Below are positions 1 through 8,543 of a DNA stretch of 64,000 nt, piece after piece (within the stretch, counting starts at the first letter, position 1; each line of letters starts with the position of its first letter). Source of the stretch: an uncultured Planctomycetia bacterium (lineage in GTDB: Bacteria; Planctomycetota; Planctomycetia; Pirellulales; Thermoguttaceae). Location of the stretch: the NCBI GenBank assembly GCA_963775975.1, contig CAVZKX010000002.1, forward strand, positions 2,996,502 through 3,060,501, read 5' to 3'. Under the pieces are notes generated by a model, which saw nothing but the letters and a program-made list of their open reading frames with translations, was not told the origin of the DNA and did no database searches. A program made the position numbers and the translations under genes.

Positions 1-1
1 C

Positions 2-112
2 GTCGATCAATGCAGGCCGCATAGCGTTGAAGACGAAGCCGACTTGCGTTTAGAGCTGGATATTCTCCGCGAGCTGCGGGGGCTTCAAGCGGCAGGGAGG
101 GCCGGAAAATGA
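2..112 (+). CDS. 3' end of an upstream element gene (partial, unknown function)
   Basis: Open frame running off the left edge. Its TGA (110-112) overlaps the ATG at 109 (ATGA), as in coupled operons. Confidence 0.3.
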   Translation, partial: VDQCRPHSVEDEADLRLELDILRELRGLQAAGRAGK

Positions 113-1461
113 CGCGCGTGATATGCGAGCCGTTGAACGGGAAGCCTCAACGCGCCGTCACAATCGAGTTATCGGACGGCCGGCAGTATTCCGATATGAT
201 CGACGTGCGAAGCGGTTTTCAGCGGCAAACATTTCGGGAGCGCGCGGCCGATCAATTCGACCTTCTTGACGATGATCTACGGCCCCTAGATTCGCAAATA
301 CTGCGCGAGGCCGCGCTTGCTGACCAGCGGGCACAAGCCGGCGACGGCAAAGAACGCTTTCCGCTCATTACGTCCGCACAGTTGGCGGCGACGGACTACA
401 CTCCGCGGCCGATCATAACCGATTGCCTCTATGCCGGTCATCCGGGCTTCATCGGCGGCATGTTCAAGACGTGCAAAACGCTGCTTGCCGTAGATGCTGC
501 AATCTCAATTGGCAGCGGACTTCCCTTCCTGAACGTGTTCACAATTGCCGCGCCGATGAGTGTACTTTACTTTTCGGGCGAGGGTGGCCCGTCGATCATC
601 AAAGACTATGGCGAGCGGGTGGCAGGATCCAAGGGCACAACAGAGCGAGCTTTCACTTTGTCCGATGTGAGCAACGTCCAATGGTGCTTTTCCGTTCCCA
701 AGCTGGAAAGCCTGACCGACCTAGACGCAATGGTTGAATGTATCCGCGATACGGCCGCAGAGGTCGTCTTTATCGACAATACGACCCTGGCACTCAGCGG
801 CGACAATGCCGGCGTCGTGATGAAGATGGGCCAGATATTCGGCACCGCGATTGCGCGGTGTGCGGAGGTAGGGGCAACGCCTATCTTTGTTCACCATTTC
901 AAGCGGACTCGGGCGACGGACCAGTTTGCACCGGGCGAGCTGGCGGACCTGACCCAAGCCGGCGCTGCCGAAATTGCCGGCCAGTGGTGGTTGCTCACGC
1001 GACGGGAGGCGTACGACCCCGATACGCCCGGCCAGCATCGCTTGTGGTTGAATGTCGGCGGCAGACTAGGCCATGGCGCTTTACACGCTCTGGACGTGCA
1101 GGAAGGGCGTTTAAGCGACCCTGGCGGCCGGCGGTGGGATGTAGATGTACAGAAGCCGGAAGAGGTTCGGCAGGCGGTGAAAGATCGGAAGGCCCAAGTC
1201 CAAGCAGACCGGGAGCGCGAGCAAATTGATTCCGACCTGACGAAGATTTTTCGGGCTATGGCGTTCTTGGAGCGGCAACACCCAGAGGGCAACAGCAAAA
1301 CGACCATCAGGGACCGGTCTTGCATCCGCGGGAAGCGATTCGACGAGGCGCTTGCGGCGGCCCTGGACGCCAAGCAGATAGAGCCGTGTGCGTTCACTGT
1401 TTCCAATCACCGGACCCCAATTGCGGGATACCGACTTTGCTCTGAGGTATCGCATGACTGA
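109..1461 (+). CDS. RecA-fold / AAA_25-like ATPase (RepA-type replication or helicase protein of an integrative element)
   Basis: 450-aa ORF. P-loop-like GGMFKTCKT (deviant), hydrophobic strand plus Asp (VVFIDNT), GQIFG..CAEVGATPIFVHH layout as in RepA/AAA_25 proteins. Followed by iteron-like repeats. Confidence 0.6.
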   Translation: MTRVICEPLNGKPQRAVTIELSDGRQYSDMIDVRSGFQRQTFRERAADQFDLLDDDLRPLDSQILREAALADQRAQAGDGKERFPLITSAQLAATDYTPRPIITDCLYAGHPGFIGGMFKTCKTLLAVDAAISIGSGLPFLNVFTIAAPMSVLYFSGEGGPSIIKDYGERVAGSKGTTERAFTLSDVSNVQWCFSVPKLESLTDLDAMVECIRDTAAEVVFIDNTTLALSGDNAGVVMKMGQIFGTAIARCAEVGATPIFVHHFKRTRATDQFAPGELADLTQAGAAEIAGQWWLLTRREAYDPDTPGQHRLWLNVGGRLGHGALHALDVQEGRLSDPGGRRWDVDVQKPEEVRQAVKDRKAQVQADREREQIDSDLTKIFRAMAFLERQHPEGNSKTTIRDRSCIRGKRFDEALAAALDAKQIEPCAFTVSNHRTPIAGYRLCSEVSHD

Positions 1462-1600
1462 GCACTACGGAGCACTACGGCAAAAGCACTACGGCAAGCC
1501 TGTCTGCCTGAGTGGTGCGAGCACTACGGCAAGCATGGCCCCTACGGGGCCAATGCGTGTTTGCCGGAGTGCTCACCCCTACACCGCAGAGCACTACGGC
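1461..1600. repeat. Iteron-like direct repeats, five copies of AGCACTACGG(CAAG)
   Basis: Exact 10-mers start at 1461, 1471, 1485, 1520 and 1590, directly after the ATPase stop codon. Confidence 0.65.
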
Positions 1601-1733
1601 AAGGTCGAAATCCGACCCAAGCACCTACTATCCCAAGGTCAGGCGCAAACGTAATGGGCTAGCGATAACAACAGTACCTAAAACCGTACCGACCGATGCC
1701 GCCGGACGGGTGCGGAAACCAACAGCGGCGAAC

Positions 1734-1922
1734 ATGGAGTTTGATATGAAACCGAAACCGATTGATGAGACAATCCCGCTTCACGCTGAGACTGCCGAAG
1801 CCATGAGACCTTGGGAAGAGCGGACCAAGGCCATGCAAGATCATGCCGACGCCCGGCATACGCTGCGGCCGACAAACCCAAAAGCACCGACTGACGATGA
1901 CCCTAACCCCGAGGTGAAATAA
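1734..1922 (+). CDS. hypothetical small protein (element-borne)
   Basis: ATG at 1734 lies inside a longer ORF whose 5' part covers the repeat block. The stop overlaps the next ATG (TAATG at 1920-1924). Confidence 0.35.
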   Translation: MEFDMKPKPIDETIPLHAETAEAMRPWEERTKAMQDHADARHTLRPTNPKAPTDDDPNPEVK

Positions 1923-2422
1923 TGCACGTATCGCAAATTGCTACCCTGTCAAACAAAGAGTGCCGAACGCTCGTCGAGGTCGGCCGTCAACTCGCGCTCA
2001 AACGGATTCATGGCGAGTACGTGGACCCCATTCACTTCACCGAGGTGGTCAATGCGATGGGCGATGCGTACAGACAGGTCTTGGAAATCGAAAAGACCAA
2101 AATCAAGCTTCAGCAGCATCGGGACGATGCCGCCCGAGCCGTTGCGGCGGCTGAAAAGCCCAAGGCCCGGCGCGAGGCGAAACTTGCCACCGCCAAGCAG
2201 CGAATCGCGGAGCTGCAGCGCGAGTTAGAAAAGGCCCAAGCGGCGGCCGTCGCAATCGCCAAGGAAGATGCCGAGATCATCGACCGGCCGCAAAAGCTGC
2301 AAGGGGCGGCCGATGGTACGGCCAGACTTCTCAGCAACTTGGAAGGTTCGATGTGGCGGATTCTCCTACATGCCGAATGGACCGCGCCCGCCGAACTATT
2401 CGAGGAAGGAGCGACCGCCTAA
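1922..2422 (+). CDS. hypothetical coiled-coil protein (element-borne)
   Basis: 166-aa ORF, Ala/Lys/Glu-rich heptad-like middle, TAATG overlaps at both ends. Confidence 0.55.
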   Translation: MHVSQIATLSNKECRTLVEVGRQLALKRIHGEYVDPIHFTEVVNAMGDAYRQVLEIEKTKIKLQQHRDDAARAVAAAEKPKARREAKLATAKQRIAELQRELEKAQAAAVAIAKEDAEIIDRPQKLQGAADGTARLLSNLEGSMWRILLHAEWTAPAELFEEGATA

Positions 2423-2667
2423 TGAGCCAATCGTATGAACCGAAATTGCCCGACCGAGTATTTGGCGAGCGACCGCCGGAAGCGGTCCCGTCGATGAGGC
2501 CCGATTTTGAGCGACAACGTATGTTTTGCGGTCCCGTGGAATCGTTCACAGACAGGCCGGATATTGCCGCGGGCATTGCGCTGGCGGCGGGCCGCGCGGC
2601 GGCACAGGAAAAGGAAATACCGCCTGACGTGCAACAGCGGCAACGTGCGCGATTGGGTTACGACTGA
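2422..2667 (+). CDS. hypothetical small protein (element-borne)
   Basis: ATG at 2422 overlaps the preceding TAA and is in frame with the listed ORF 2353..2667. Confidence 0.45.
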   Translation: MSQSYEPKLPDRVFGERPPEAVPSMRPDFERQRMFCGPVESFTDRPDIAAGIALAAGRAAAQEKEIPPDVQQRQRARLGYD

Positions 2668-2783
2668 CCGCGTAGGGGCGATTCTGAGGGGCTTGGTTTT
2701 CCAAGGTCCAAGACATCGACCCGGCGGCCGATCGTGCAACAGGCGCAATCGTGTGCAACCGAAATTAACGTTTGGAGGTCCAA

Positions 2784-3089
2784 ATGAGCAAACCATCACC
2801 TATGGCCGTTAATGGACGGCGATCGGACGGCACGTTCGCGGCCGGTCACAAGTTCGCCCGCGGCAATCCCCTTGCCCAGCGCGTGCAAAAGCTGCGCGTG
2901 GAGCTTGTCAAGGCCATAGGCAAGGGCGACTTGGCGGCGATCATTTTCAAAATGATCGACCTAGCCAAGAACGGCGACGTGCAAGCGGCGAAGCTTGTTT
3001 TTGACCGCGCGATCGGTGCGCCCGTGGAAGCCGACTTGATCGAACGTCTTGCGCGATTGGAGCAAACCATTGGAGGTGAAACGCGATGA
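2784..3089 (+). CDS. hypothetical protein with N-terminal GNP motif (phage/element small-protein type)
   Basis: GGAGG lies 6 nt upstream of the ATG at 2784. FARGNPLAQ plus helical C-terminus. The stop overlaps the next ATG (ATGA at 3086). Confidence 0.5.
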   Translation: MSKPSPMAVNGRRSDGTFAAGHKFARGNPLAQRVQKLRVELVKAIGKGDLAAIIFKMIDLAKNGDVQAAKLVFDRAIGAPVEADLIERLARLEQTIGGETR

Positions 3090-3529
3090 GCATTGAAAGC
3101 CGAATCCAGAAGTTAGAGGCGGTCGTATCATCCCGCGCCGCGGCGTTTGGAGGGCTTCCGCCCGTGTCACTCTGGCAAGGTGTGGTGTGCGTCGATGATG
3201 AGGCGAATCATATCGACTTTTTGGGCGAACGCTCACACTACACCGGCGCCTTGCCGTATTACCGCGGGGAAGTGGTGACTGAAGACGGACGGCTAAGGGC
3301 GCGTGAAGCCGATGACCCTGAAGACGCGCCGATCTTCGCGCCTGAAGTCCAAGCCCGGTTGAACGCGGAGTATGAGCAGCGGTACTTCACCCACCCTGAC
3401 ACGCCAGATAACCGCACGTGGTATCGAAAGATCGGGTGGGGGTTCTTGTTTGGGGATGAAGAGAGAAGCCCGGCGCGGCGGATGCCGAATCCTATGGTCG
3501 GGCGCGACTGTCCGAAAGATTCCGAGTAA
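3086..3529 (+). CDS. hypothetical protein (element-borne)
   Basis: 147-aa ORF coupled to the previous gene. No recognisable motif. Confidence 0.5.
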   Translation: MSIESRIQKLEAVVSSRAAAFGGLPPVSLWQGVVCVDDEANHIDFLGERSHYTGALPYYRGEVVTEDGRLRAREADDPEDAPIFAPEVQARLNAEYEQRYFTHPDTPDNRTWYRKIGWGFLFGDEERSPARRMPNPMVGRDCPKDSE

Positions 3530-3773
3530 CAGTACCCGAATCGGTACTTTTCCCCTCTTGAAACTTGGGGCGAAAAGGCGAATAATGGAAGTATCAAAAG
3601 TCAGTCTGCCGACTTGTGGCGGACAACAAAGTAAGGTTCTCTCCCATGTTCGATTCTGAGAACACTAGGCAACCCCCTTCCGGCCCGTGGCGAGTGGCAA
3701 CACCGTCCGCGCGGTCTTACTTCCGCGTTGATAGGACCGGGAGGGGCTTGCCCTTTCATGGGAGTTATCGAAC

Positions 3774-5129
3774 ATGCCAAAAATTCACGTGCATGTGGTA
3801 GCGTACCGGGATTGCAAGAACCTCGTCTTGCGGTACATCGACCCGGCGACACGCAAGCCCATTAGGGCGACGAAGTACAAAGACCCGCAGACCAGCGAAG
3901 TATTCGAGACAGGGCAGAATCGCAAGTATGCCCGTAAGCTGGCCGCGCGGTGGGAAGCTGATCTAAATGCCGGCAGGGACCAAGGCCGGTACGCGGCGAC
4001 GTGGGAGCAATTCCGCGAGCGGTACGAAGATGAGGTCGTACCGTCATTGAAAGACAGGACCGGAAATAAGATCGGCACCACGTTCAACCTTATGGAGAAG
4101 ATTCTACCGATGGTTGCGGTGGGGAAGTTGTCTGAGTTGAACGCGGAAACTCTATCTCAATTCCAGCAAGCCTTACGAGCCGGCGGCCGCGCCGAATCGA
4201 CCATCGCGGGCTACCTGGCGCACCTAAAGGCCGCGCTGAATTGGGCGGTTGAAGTGGAGTTGCTTTCCACACGCCCGGCGATTCGGAAACCGCCGAAGAG
4301 CGCCAAGAAGGGCGGCCGGAAGATGAAGGGGCGGCCCGTCACCGGAGAAGAATTCGACCGGATGCTTGCGGCCGTGCCCGCGGCCCTGGCGGAGTGGCGA
4401 CGGCGACGGCGGAACATGGCGCGAGCGGCGGCACGCAAGAAGGGACTCGCGGAACACAAGACGCAAACCGACTCCATCCCCGTGGAAATCGACCCGGCGG
4501 CCGTCGAATCGTGGCGGCACTATCTGCGGGGCTTGTGGCTGTCAGGGTTGCGGTTGGAAGAGTCCCTAAACCTCTATTGGGACCGCGACGATCGACCCCG
4601 CGTTGATTTGAGCGCGGAGCTACCCTTACTGGCAATTCCCGCAGAGTGGCAAAAGGCAGGCCGTGACACGCTCACGACCGTTACACCGGACTTCGCAAAG
4701 TTCCTTTTGCAGACCGCAGCGGACCAGCGGCGCGGCCCCGTGTTCCGGCCAATCATGCCCGGCGGCGTGGCCCGATACGACCAAGCCGGCAAGATGGTCA
4801 GTTTGATAGGCGAACTGGCCGGCGTGAAAGTCTACACTCACCCCAAGACGGGAAAAGTGAAGTATGCCAGCGCTCACGACCTGCGGCGCTCGTTTGGCAC
4901 ACGATGGTCAAGGGTGGTCAGTGCATCCGAGCTTCAAGACATGATGCGCCATGCCGACTATCACACGACGCAGAGTTACTACGTTGACCATCAGGCCGCA
5001 GACCTTGCCCGGAGTATCTACCGCAAGGCCGGCGTCGATCTAGGTACTGTTTTAGGTACTGTTGGGGCTTGTGACGATGATTCGGACGGCGCGGCGATCG
5101 TCGCAAAGTCCAATGGTTTCAACGGTTAA
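3774..5129 (+). CDS. tyrosine-type site-specific integrase
   Basis: 451-aa ORF. C-terminal catalytic signature GLRLEE, HDLRRSF (H-x-x-R) and HADYHTTQSYY (Tyr). Ends 6 nt from a tRNA 3' end. Confidence 0.9.
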   Translation: MPKIHVHVVAYRDCKNLVLRYIDPATRKPIRATKYKDPQTSEVFETGQNRKYARKLAARWEADLNAGRDQGRYAATWEQFRERYEDEVVPSLKDRTGNKIGTTFNLMEKILPMVAVGKLSELNAETLSQFQQALRAGGRAESTIAGYLAHLKAALNWAVEVELLSTRPAIRKPPKSAKKGGRKMKGRPVTGEEFDRMLAAVPAALAEWRRRRRNMARAAARKKGLAEHKTQTDSIPVEIDPAAVESWRHYLRGLWLSGLRLEESLNLYWDRDDRPRVDLSAELPLLAIPAEWQKAGRDTLTTVTPDFAKFLLQTAADQRRGPVFRPIMPGGVARYDQAGKMVSLIGELAGVKVYTHPKTGKVKYASAHDLRRSFGTRWSRVVSASELQDMMRHADYHTTQSYYVDHQAADLARSIYRKAGVDLGTVLGTVGACDDDSDGAAIVAKSNGFNG

Positions 5130-5135
5130 CGACAG

Positions 5136-5208
5136 TACCCCCGGCAGGATTCGAACCTGCGACCAATGGATTAGAAATCCATTGCTCTATCCCCTGAGCT
5201 ACGGGGGC
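5136..5208 (-). tRNA. tRNA-Arg (anticodon TCT)
   Basis: Folded by hand as a 73-nt cloverleaf: acceptor GCCCCCG/CGGGGGT, D arm GCTC..GAGC, anticodon arm ATGGA-TTTCTAA-TCCAT, T arm GCAGG-TTCGAAT-CCTGC. CCA is not encoded. Confidence 0.9.
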
Positions 5209-5373
5209 TAAGTGGACGAAAACAACTCGAACATTGTACGCCGCATTAGCTAGTTTCGCTACCATCGCGGCTTCCCTCCTTTTTGCGCTTCGGCCTTGTT
5301 GGGAACTCGTTTGACCGCTCATCCAGCGTCTGCTACGATGTAGGCGGGCGAATCAGCCGGCGAGGGTAGAGCT

Positions 5374-5634
5374 ATGCAATTTATTGAAATGTCGGGCAAG
5401 GCGTTGAAGCGAATCGTCAGTGAAGACGAATTGCAGACCACCGAGCTGGGGGATATTGGCGTGACCGACGACAGCATGATCCGCGTCAATCGCCAGGGGG
5501 ATATTGAGATTCGCCGCAACAACACTTGGGACGTAATCGGCGGCCTGTTGGGCGACTTCGAGCATCGCGTTCAGCGCGAGACCGGGTTAGACTGGGCCGA
5601 TTGCTGCGGTTGGCGCACGAGGACGATGCGCTAG
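5374..5634 (+). CDS. hypothetical small protein
   Basis: 86-aa ORF with coding-like third-position GC. No motif recognised. Confidence 0.4.
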   Translation: MQFIEMSGKALKRIVSEDELQTTELGDIGVTDDSMIRVNRQGDIEIRRNNTWDVIGGLLGDFEHRVQRETGLDWADCCGWRTRTMR

Positions 5635-5647
5635 CTCGCTGATCGCA

Positions 5648-5731
5648 GTACGTCCTTTCTGCCGGAAAGGACGATTGCGGCGTCGCTCAATAGTTGGCGC
5701 ACATTAGTCCCTTCCGGCAGAAGGGACCTAC
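5648..5731. repeat. Pair of inverted REP-like hairpins (GTACGTCCTTTCTGCCGGAAAGGAC / GTCCCTTCCGGCAGAAGGGACCTAC)
   Basis: Two self-complementary 25-mers in opposite orientation at 5648-5672 and 5707-5731. A third copy lies inside mutL at 9916-9941. Confidence 0.8.
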
Positions 5732-5732
5732 G

Positions 5733-6446
5733 TCAACCCGGCATCGGGAGCCCGCCCACGAAAAGTCCATAGGTGACGATCGCCAGCATGACCAGGCCGA
5801 TCCAACGCTCGGCCCCGTCGGCGCACCAACTGACGATTAATAGCCCGGACACGAGGACGACTGCGGCGAAGACGAAGAACAGTTCGTGCCAGTAGCTGTT
5901 GACGGCGAATGTCCGTTTGGCGCTATGGACCGCGGTGCGCAGTTCGTGCCACTCGCCGGCTTCCTTGCTGCGGCGGTCTTTGGTTGTTTGAGTCTCATAT
6001 TCGGCGAGTTCCTTGCGAAGTTCCTCTGCCCGTTTGCGATCGTCCGTCTTGGCTTCGTCGCGGGCGCCGAGACTCCTGGCATCATTTTGCAAGGCAAGCT
6101 TTTTCGCTTGCACGTCTTCGTCAAACTGCTCGACGGTCGTTTGGGCCACGACCGAGGCGCGTGTCGCGTTGCGCAAGTTGATCGCGTCGCATCCCTTGGA
6201 GAGCAGGGCCAGCAGGAGGCCGACGGCGACCAGCGGACGACCGATCCATCTTGCCTGCAGGGGCAAGTCGCGAGCCGCCTCGGGCGAAACCGACCAGCCG
6301 CGATTGGGCGCCTGTGGCGGTTGCGATTGGCTCCCGTTTGACACGACGAAAGACTCGTTGCAGGCCGGACATTGGATCCGCTGGCCCACGTGGGAATCAC
6401 TCACCTGAAGGCGATGGCCTTTGGGGCAGGTCGTTTCGAAGGGCAT
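5733..6446 (-). CDS. zinc-ribbon membrane protein, hypothetical
   Basis: Start taken at MPFETTCPKGH. CPKGH..CPAC ribbon, charged coiled middle, two C-terminal TM helices. Confidence 0.55.
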   Translation of the reverse strand: MPFETTCPKGHRLQVSDSHVGQRIQCPACNESFVVSNGSQSQPPQAPNRGWSVSPEAARDLPLQARWIGRPLVAVGLLLALLSKGCDAINLRNATRASVVAQTTVEQFDEDVQAKKLALQNDARSLGARDEAKTDDRKRAEELRKELAEYETQTTKDRRSKEAGEWHELRTAVHSAKRTFAVNSYWHELFFVFAAVVLVSGLLIVSWCADGAERWIGLVMLAIVTYGLFVGGLPMPG

Positions 6447-6586
6447 CCCACACCTCGGAGAAGAACGGCTCAGAGAAGAACGGCAGGCGGATACCATTTA
6501 GTTTATTCCAACGCGTGCGACACCGCAACGCGCCATAACCGGGGGGGTTCTGGTCCAAATGCCGCCAATTCAATAAGATCAATGGC

Positions 6587-8002
6587 ATGACTGCCGCAAC
6601 ATCCCGCCCTGCTGCCGACACGCCGCGCGAATCCGCCGCGCCGGCCGCTGAAGTCTTGATCGTCGATAACGACCAGGCGCACGCCGAAACTGTGGCGGAA
6701 AGTCTCGATCGCGTCGGATTTCATTGCCACGTGGCCGCGTCCGGCGGCGAAGGGGCGCGGCTCGTCGAAGAGCGCGAATTCGACGTCATCATTACCGACT
6801 TGAAGATGAACGACGTCGATGGCCTGCAAATTCTCGAACTGGCAAAAACGTCCCAGCCCGACACGGAAGTCATTTTACTCACTGGCTTCGGCTCGATCCC
6901 GTCGGCTGTGGAGGCGATGCAAAAAGGAGCCTTCAACTATCTCACCAAGCCGCTGGACATGGGCCAGCTTCGGGCGGTCACGCAGCGGGCGGTAGATAGT
7001 GCGCGGCTGCGGCGGACGAACCTTGAACTGAACCGCCGCCTCGACGAACGATTCGGCTTCGAAGGCGTAATCGGCGACAGCCGCCAGATGCGCGACATCA
7101 TCGAGCGGCTCAAGCGTATCGCCCCGACGAATGCCACCGTGCTAATCCAGGGCGAAACGGGCACCGGCAAGGAGTTGGTCGCCCAGGCCATCCACCAAAA
7201 CAGTCCCCGCAAGAACAAGGCGTTCGTGGCGTTGAATTGTGCCGCACTAAGCGAAAACATCTTGGAGAGCGAGCTTTTCGGCCACGTCAAAGGGGCGTTC
7301 ACCGACGCCTCCGCGGATCGCGTGGGCAAGTTCGAGTACGCGCACGGCGGCACGCTATTCTTGGACGAGGTGGGCGATATGCCGCTGGCCACGCAGATCA
7401 AGCTCCTGCGGGTGCTGGAGAACAATGAGATTACGCGCGTCGGCAGCAACGATCCGATCAAGGTCAACGTGCGGATTCTTTCGGCGACGAACTCGAATCT
7501 GGAAGAAGGCATCGCGGCCGGCACGTTCCGCAGCGACCTCTACCACCGCCTGAAAGTCATCACGCTCCGCCTGCCCAGCCTGCGCGAGCGGAGTCAGGAT
7601 ATCCCCATCCTGATCGATTACTTCCTCAAGCAATTCACCGCCCAGCACAGCAAGCGGATCAAGGGCATGTCGGCCGCCGCGCGGCACCGGCTGATGATGT
7701 TCGACTGGCCGGGCAATGTCCGCCAACTGCGGAATGTGGTCGAGAGCATGGTCGTCGTCGATTACGACGGCCTGCTGGACATGGATGACTTGCCCGAAGA
7801 ACTGGCCGATCCCGCGACGTCCTCCGCGGAGCCGGGAGAACTGCCGCTCTCCGGCCTGGTGGGGCGGACGCTGGTCGAGATGGAAAAACTGTTCATCGCC
7901 GAGACGCTGCGGCTCTCCGGCGGCAATCGCGAACTGGCCGCCGCCAAGCTGGGCCTGGGTGAGAGGACGCTCTATCGGAAGATCAAGGAGTATGAGTTGT
8001 GA
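6587..8002 (+). CDS. sigma-54-dependent response regulator (NtrC/AtoC family)
   Basis: Receiver domain ([14 protein letters not shown]), AAA+ sigma54-interaction core ([23 protein letters not shown]), C-terminal Fis-type HTH ([21 protein letters not shown]). Confidence 0.9.
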   Translation: MTAATSRPAADTPRESAAPAAEVLIVDNDQAHAETVAESLDRVGFHCHVAASGGEGARLVEEREFDVIITDLKMNDVDGLQILELAKTSQPDTEVILLTGFGSIPSAVEAMQKGAFNYLTKPLDMGQLRAVTQRAVDSARLRRTNLELNRRLDERFGFEGVIGDSRQMRDIIERLKRIAPTNATVLIQGETGTGKELVAQAIHQNSPRKNKAFVALNCAALSENILESELFGHVKGAFTDASADRVGKFEYAHGGTLFLDEVGDMPLATQIKLLRVLENNEITRVGSNDPIKVNVRILSATNSNLEEGIAAGTFRSDLYHRLKVITLRLPSLRERSQDIPILIDYFLKQFTAQHSKRIKGMSAAARHRLMMFDWPGNVRQLRNVVESMVVVDYDGLLDMDDLPEELADPATSSAEPGELPLSGLVGRTLVEMEKLFIAETLRLSGGNRELAAAKLGLGERTLYRKIKEYEL

Positions 8003-8040
8003 GTGCGAAGGGATTAGTGATTGGGGATTGGAGGGCTACG

Positions 8041-8403
8041 ATGGCAAGTCAGAATTTTCGAGAACTGAGAGTCTGGCAATTGGGCATGCAGTTGGCGGAA
8101 GAGGTCTACGGTCTGTCACAGCAGTTTCCCAAACAAAAGATGTATGGCCTGACGAGCCAGATTCAGCGGGCTGCGGTGTCGATTCCAGCCAACATTGCCG
8201 AGGGACATGCAATGGGCTCGACCGGGGACTTCATACGGTACTTGGCAATTGCGCAAGGATCGCTCGCGGAGCTGGAAACCCATCTCACGCTTGCCGAGCG
8301 CCTGAGCTATGTTACGTGTGTCCAAATCGCACCGACGTTGGACCGCTGCTCCGAAGAAGCACGAATGCTCCGCGGCCTGCGCGAAGCCTTCGCCGACGAC
8401 TGA
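8041..8403 (+). CDS. four-helix-bundle protein (23S rRNA intervening-sequence protein / Avd-like family)
   Basis: FRELRVWQ, QIQRAAVSIPANIAEG and AQGSLAELETHL are hallmark helices of this family. Start chosen at the internal Met at 8041. Confidence 0.85.
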   Translation: MASQNFRELRVWQLGMQLAEEVYGLSQQFPKQKMYGLTSQIQRAAVSIPANIAEGHAMGSTGDFIRYLAIAQGSLAELETHLTLAERLSYVTCVQIAPTLDRCSEEARMLRGLREAFADD

Positions 8404-8419
8404 CTAATGGGCAATGAAT

Positions 8420-8540
8420 GGAATTAGGGATTAGGGATTGGAAAAACGCTGACAAGACGGTGGTTTACATGTATATACGTCGCCATTAAATCGGAACCCA
8501 CAACCCCTAATCCCCAATCCCTAATTCCTAATCCCTCCCC
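8420..8540. repeat. GGGATT-type low-complexity inverted repeat flanking the four-helix-bundle gene
   Basis: GGAATTAGGGATTAGGGATTGG (8420-8441) and its approximate complement CCCCTAATCCCCAATCCCTAATTCCTAATCCCTCCCC (8504-8540). A related block GGGATTAGTGATTGGGGATTGGAGGG lies at 8010-8035. Confidence 0.8.
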
Positions 8541-8543
8541 TGC

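Larger units (their letters stand above)
1..5135. mobile_element. Integrative element (partial; right end at the tRNA-Arg 3' end, left end outside the window)
   Basis: Integrase next to a tRNA, all genes co-oriented and translationally coupled, replication-type ATPase plus iterons. Confidence 0.7.

Noticed and set aside
3533-3541. ACAGTACCC repeated at 3533 and 5132 as a possible att core defining an integrase-only element
   Set aside because: A 9-mer match is expected by chance about once in a window this size, and it would exclude the co-oriented replication module.
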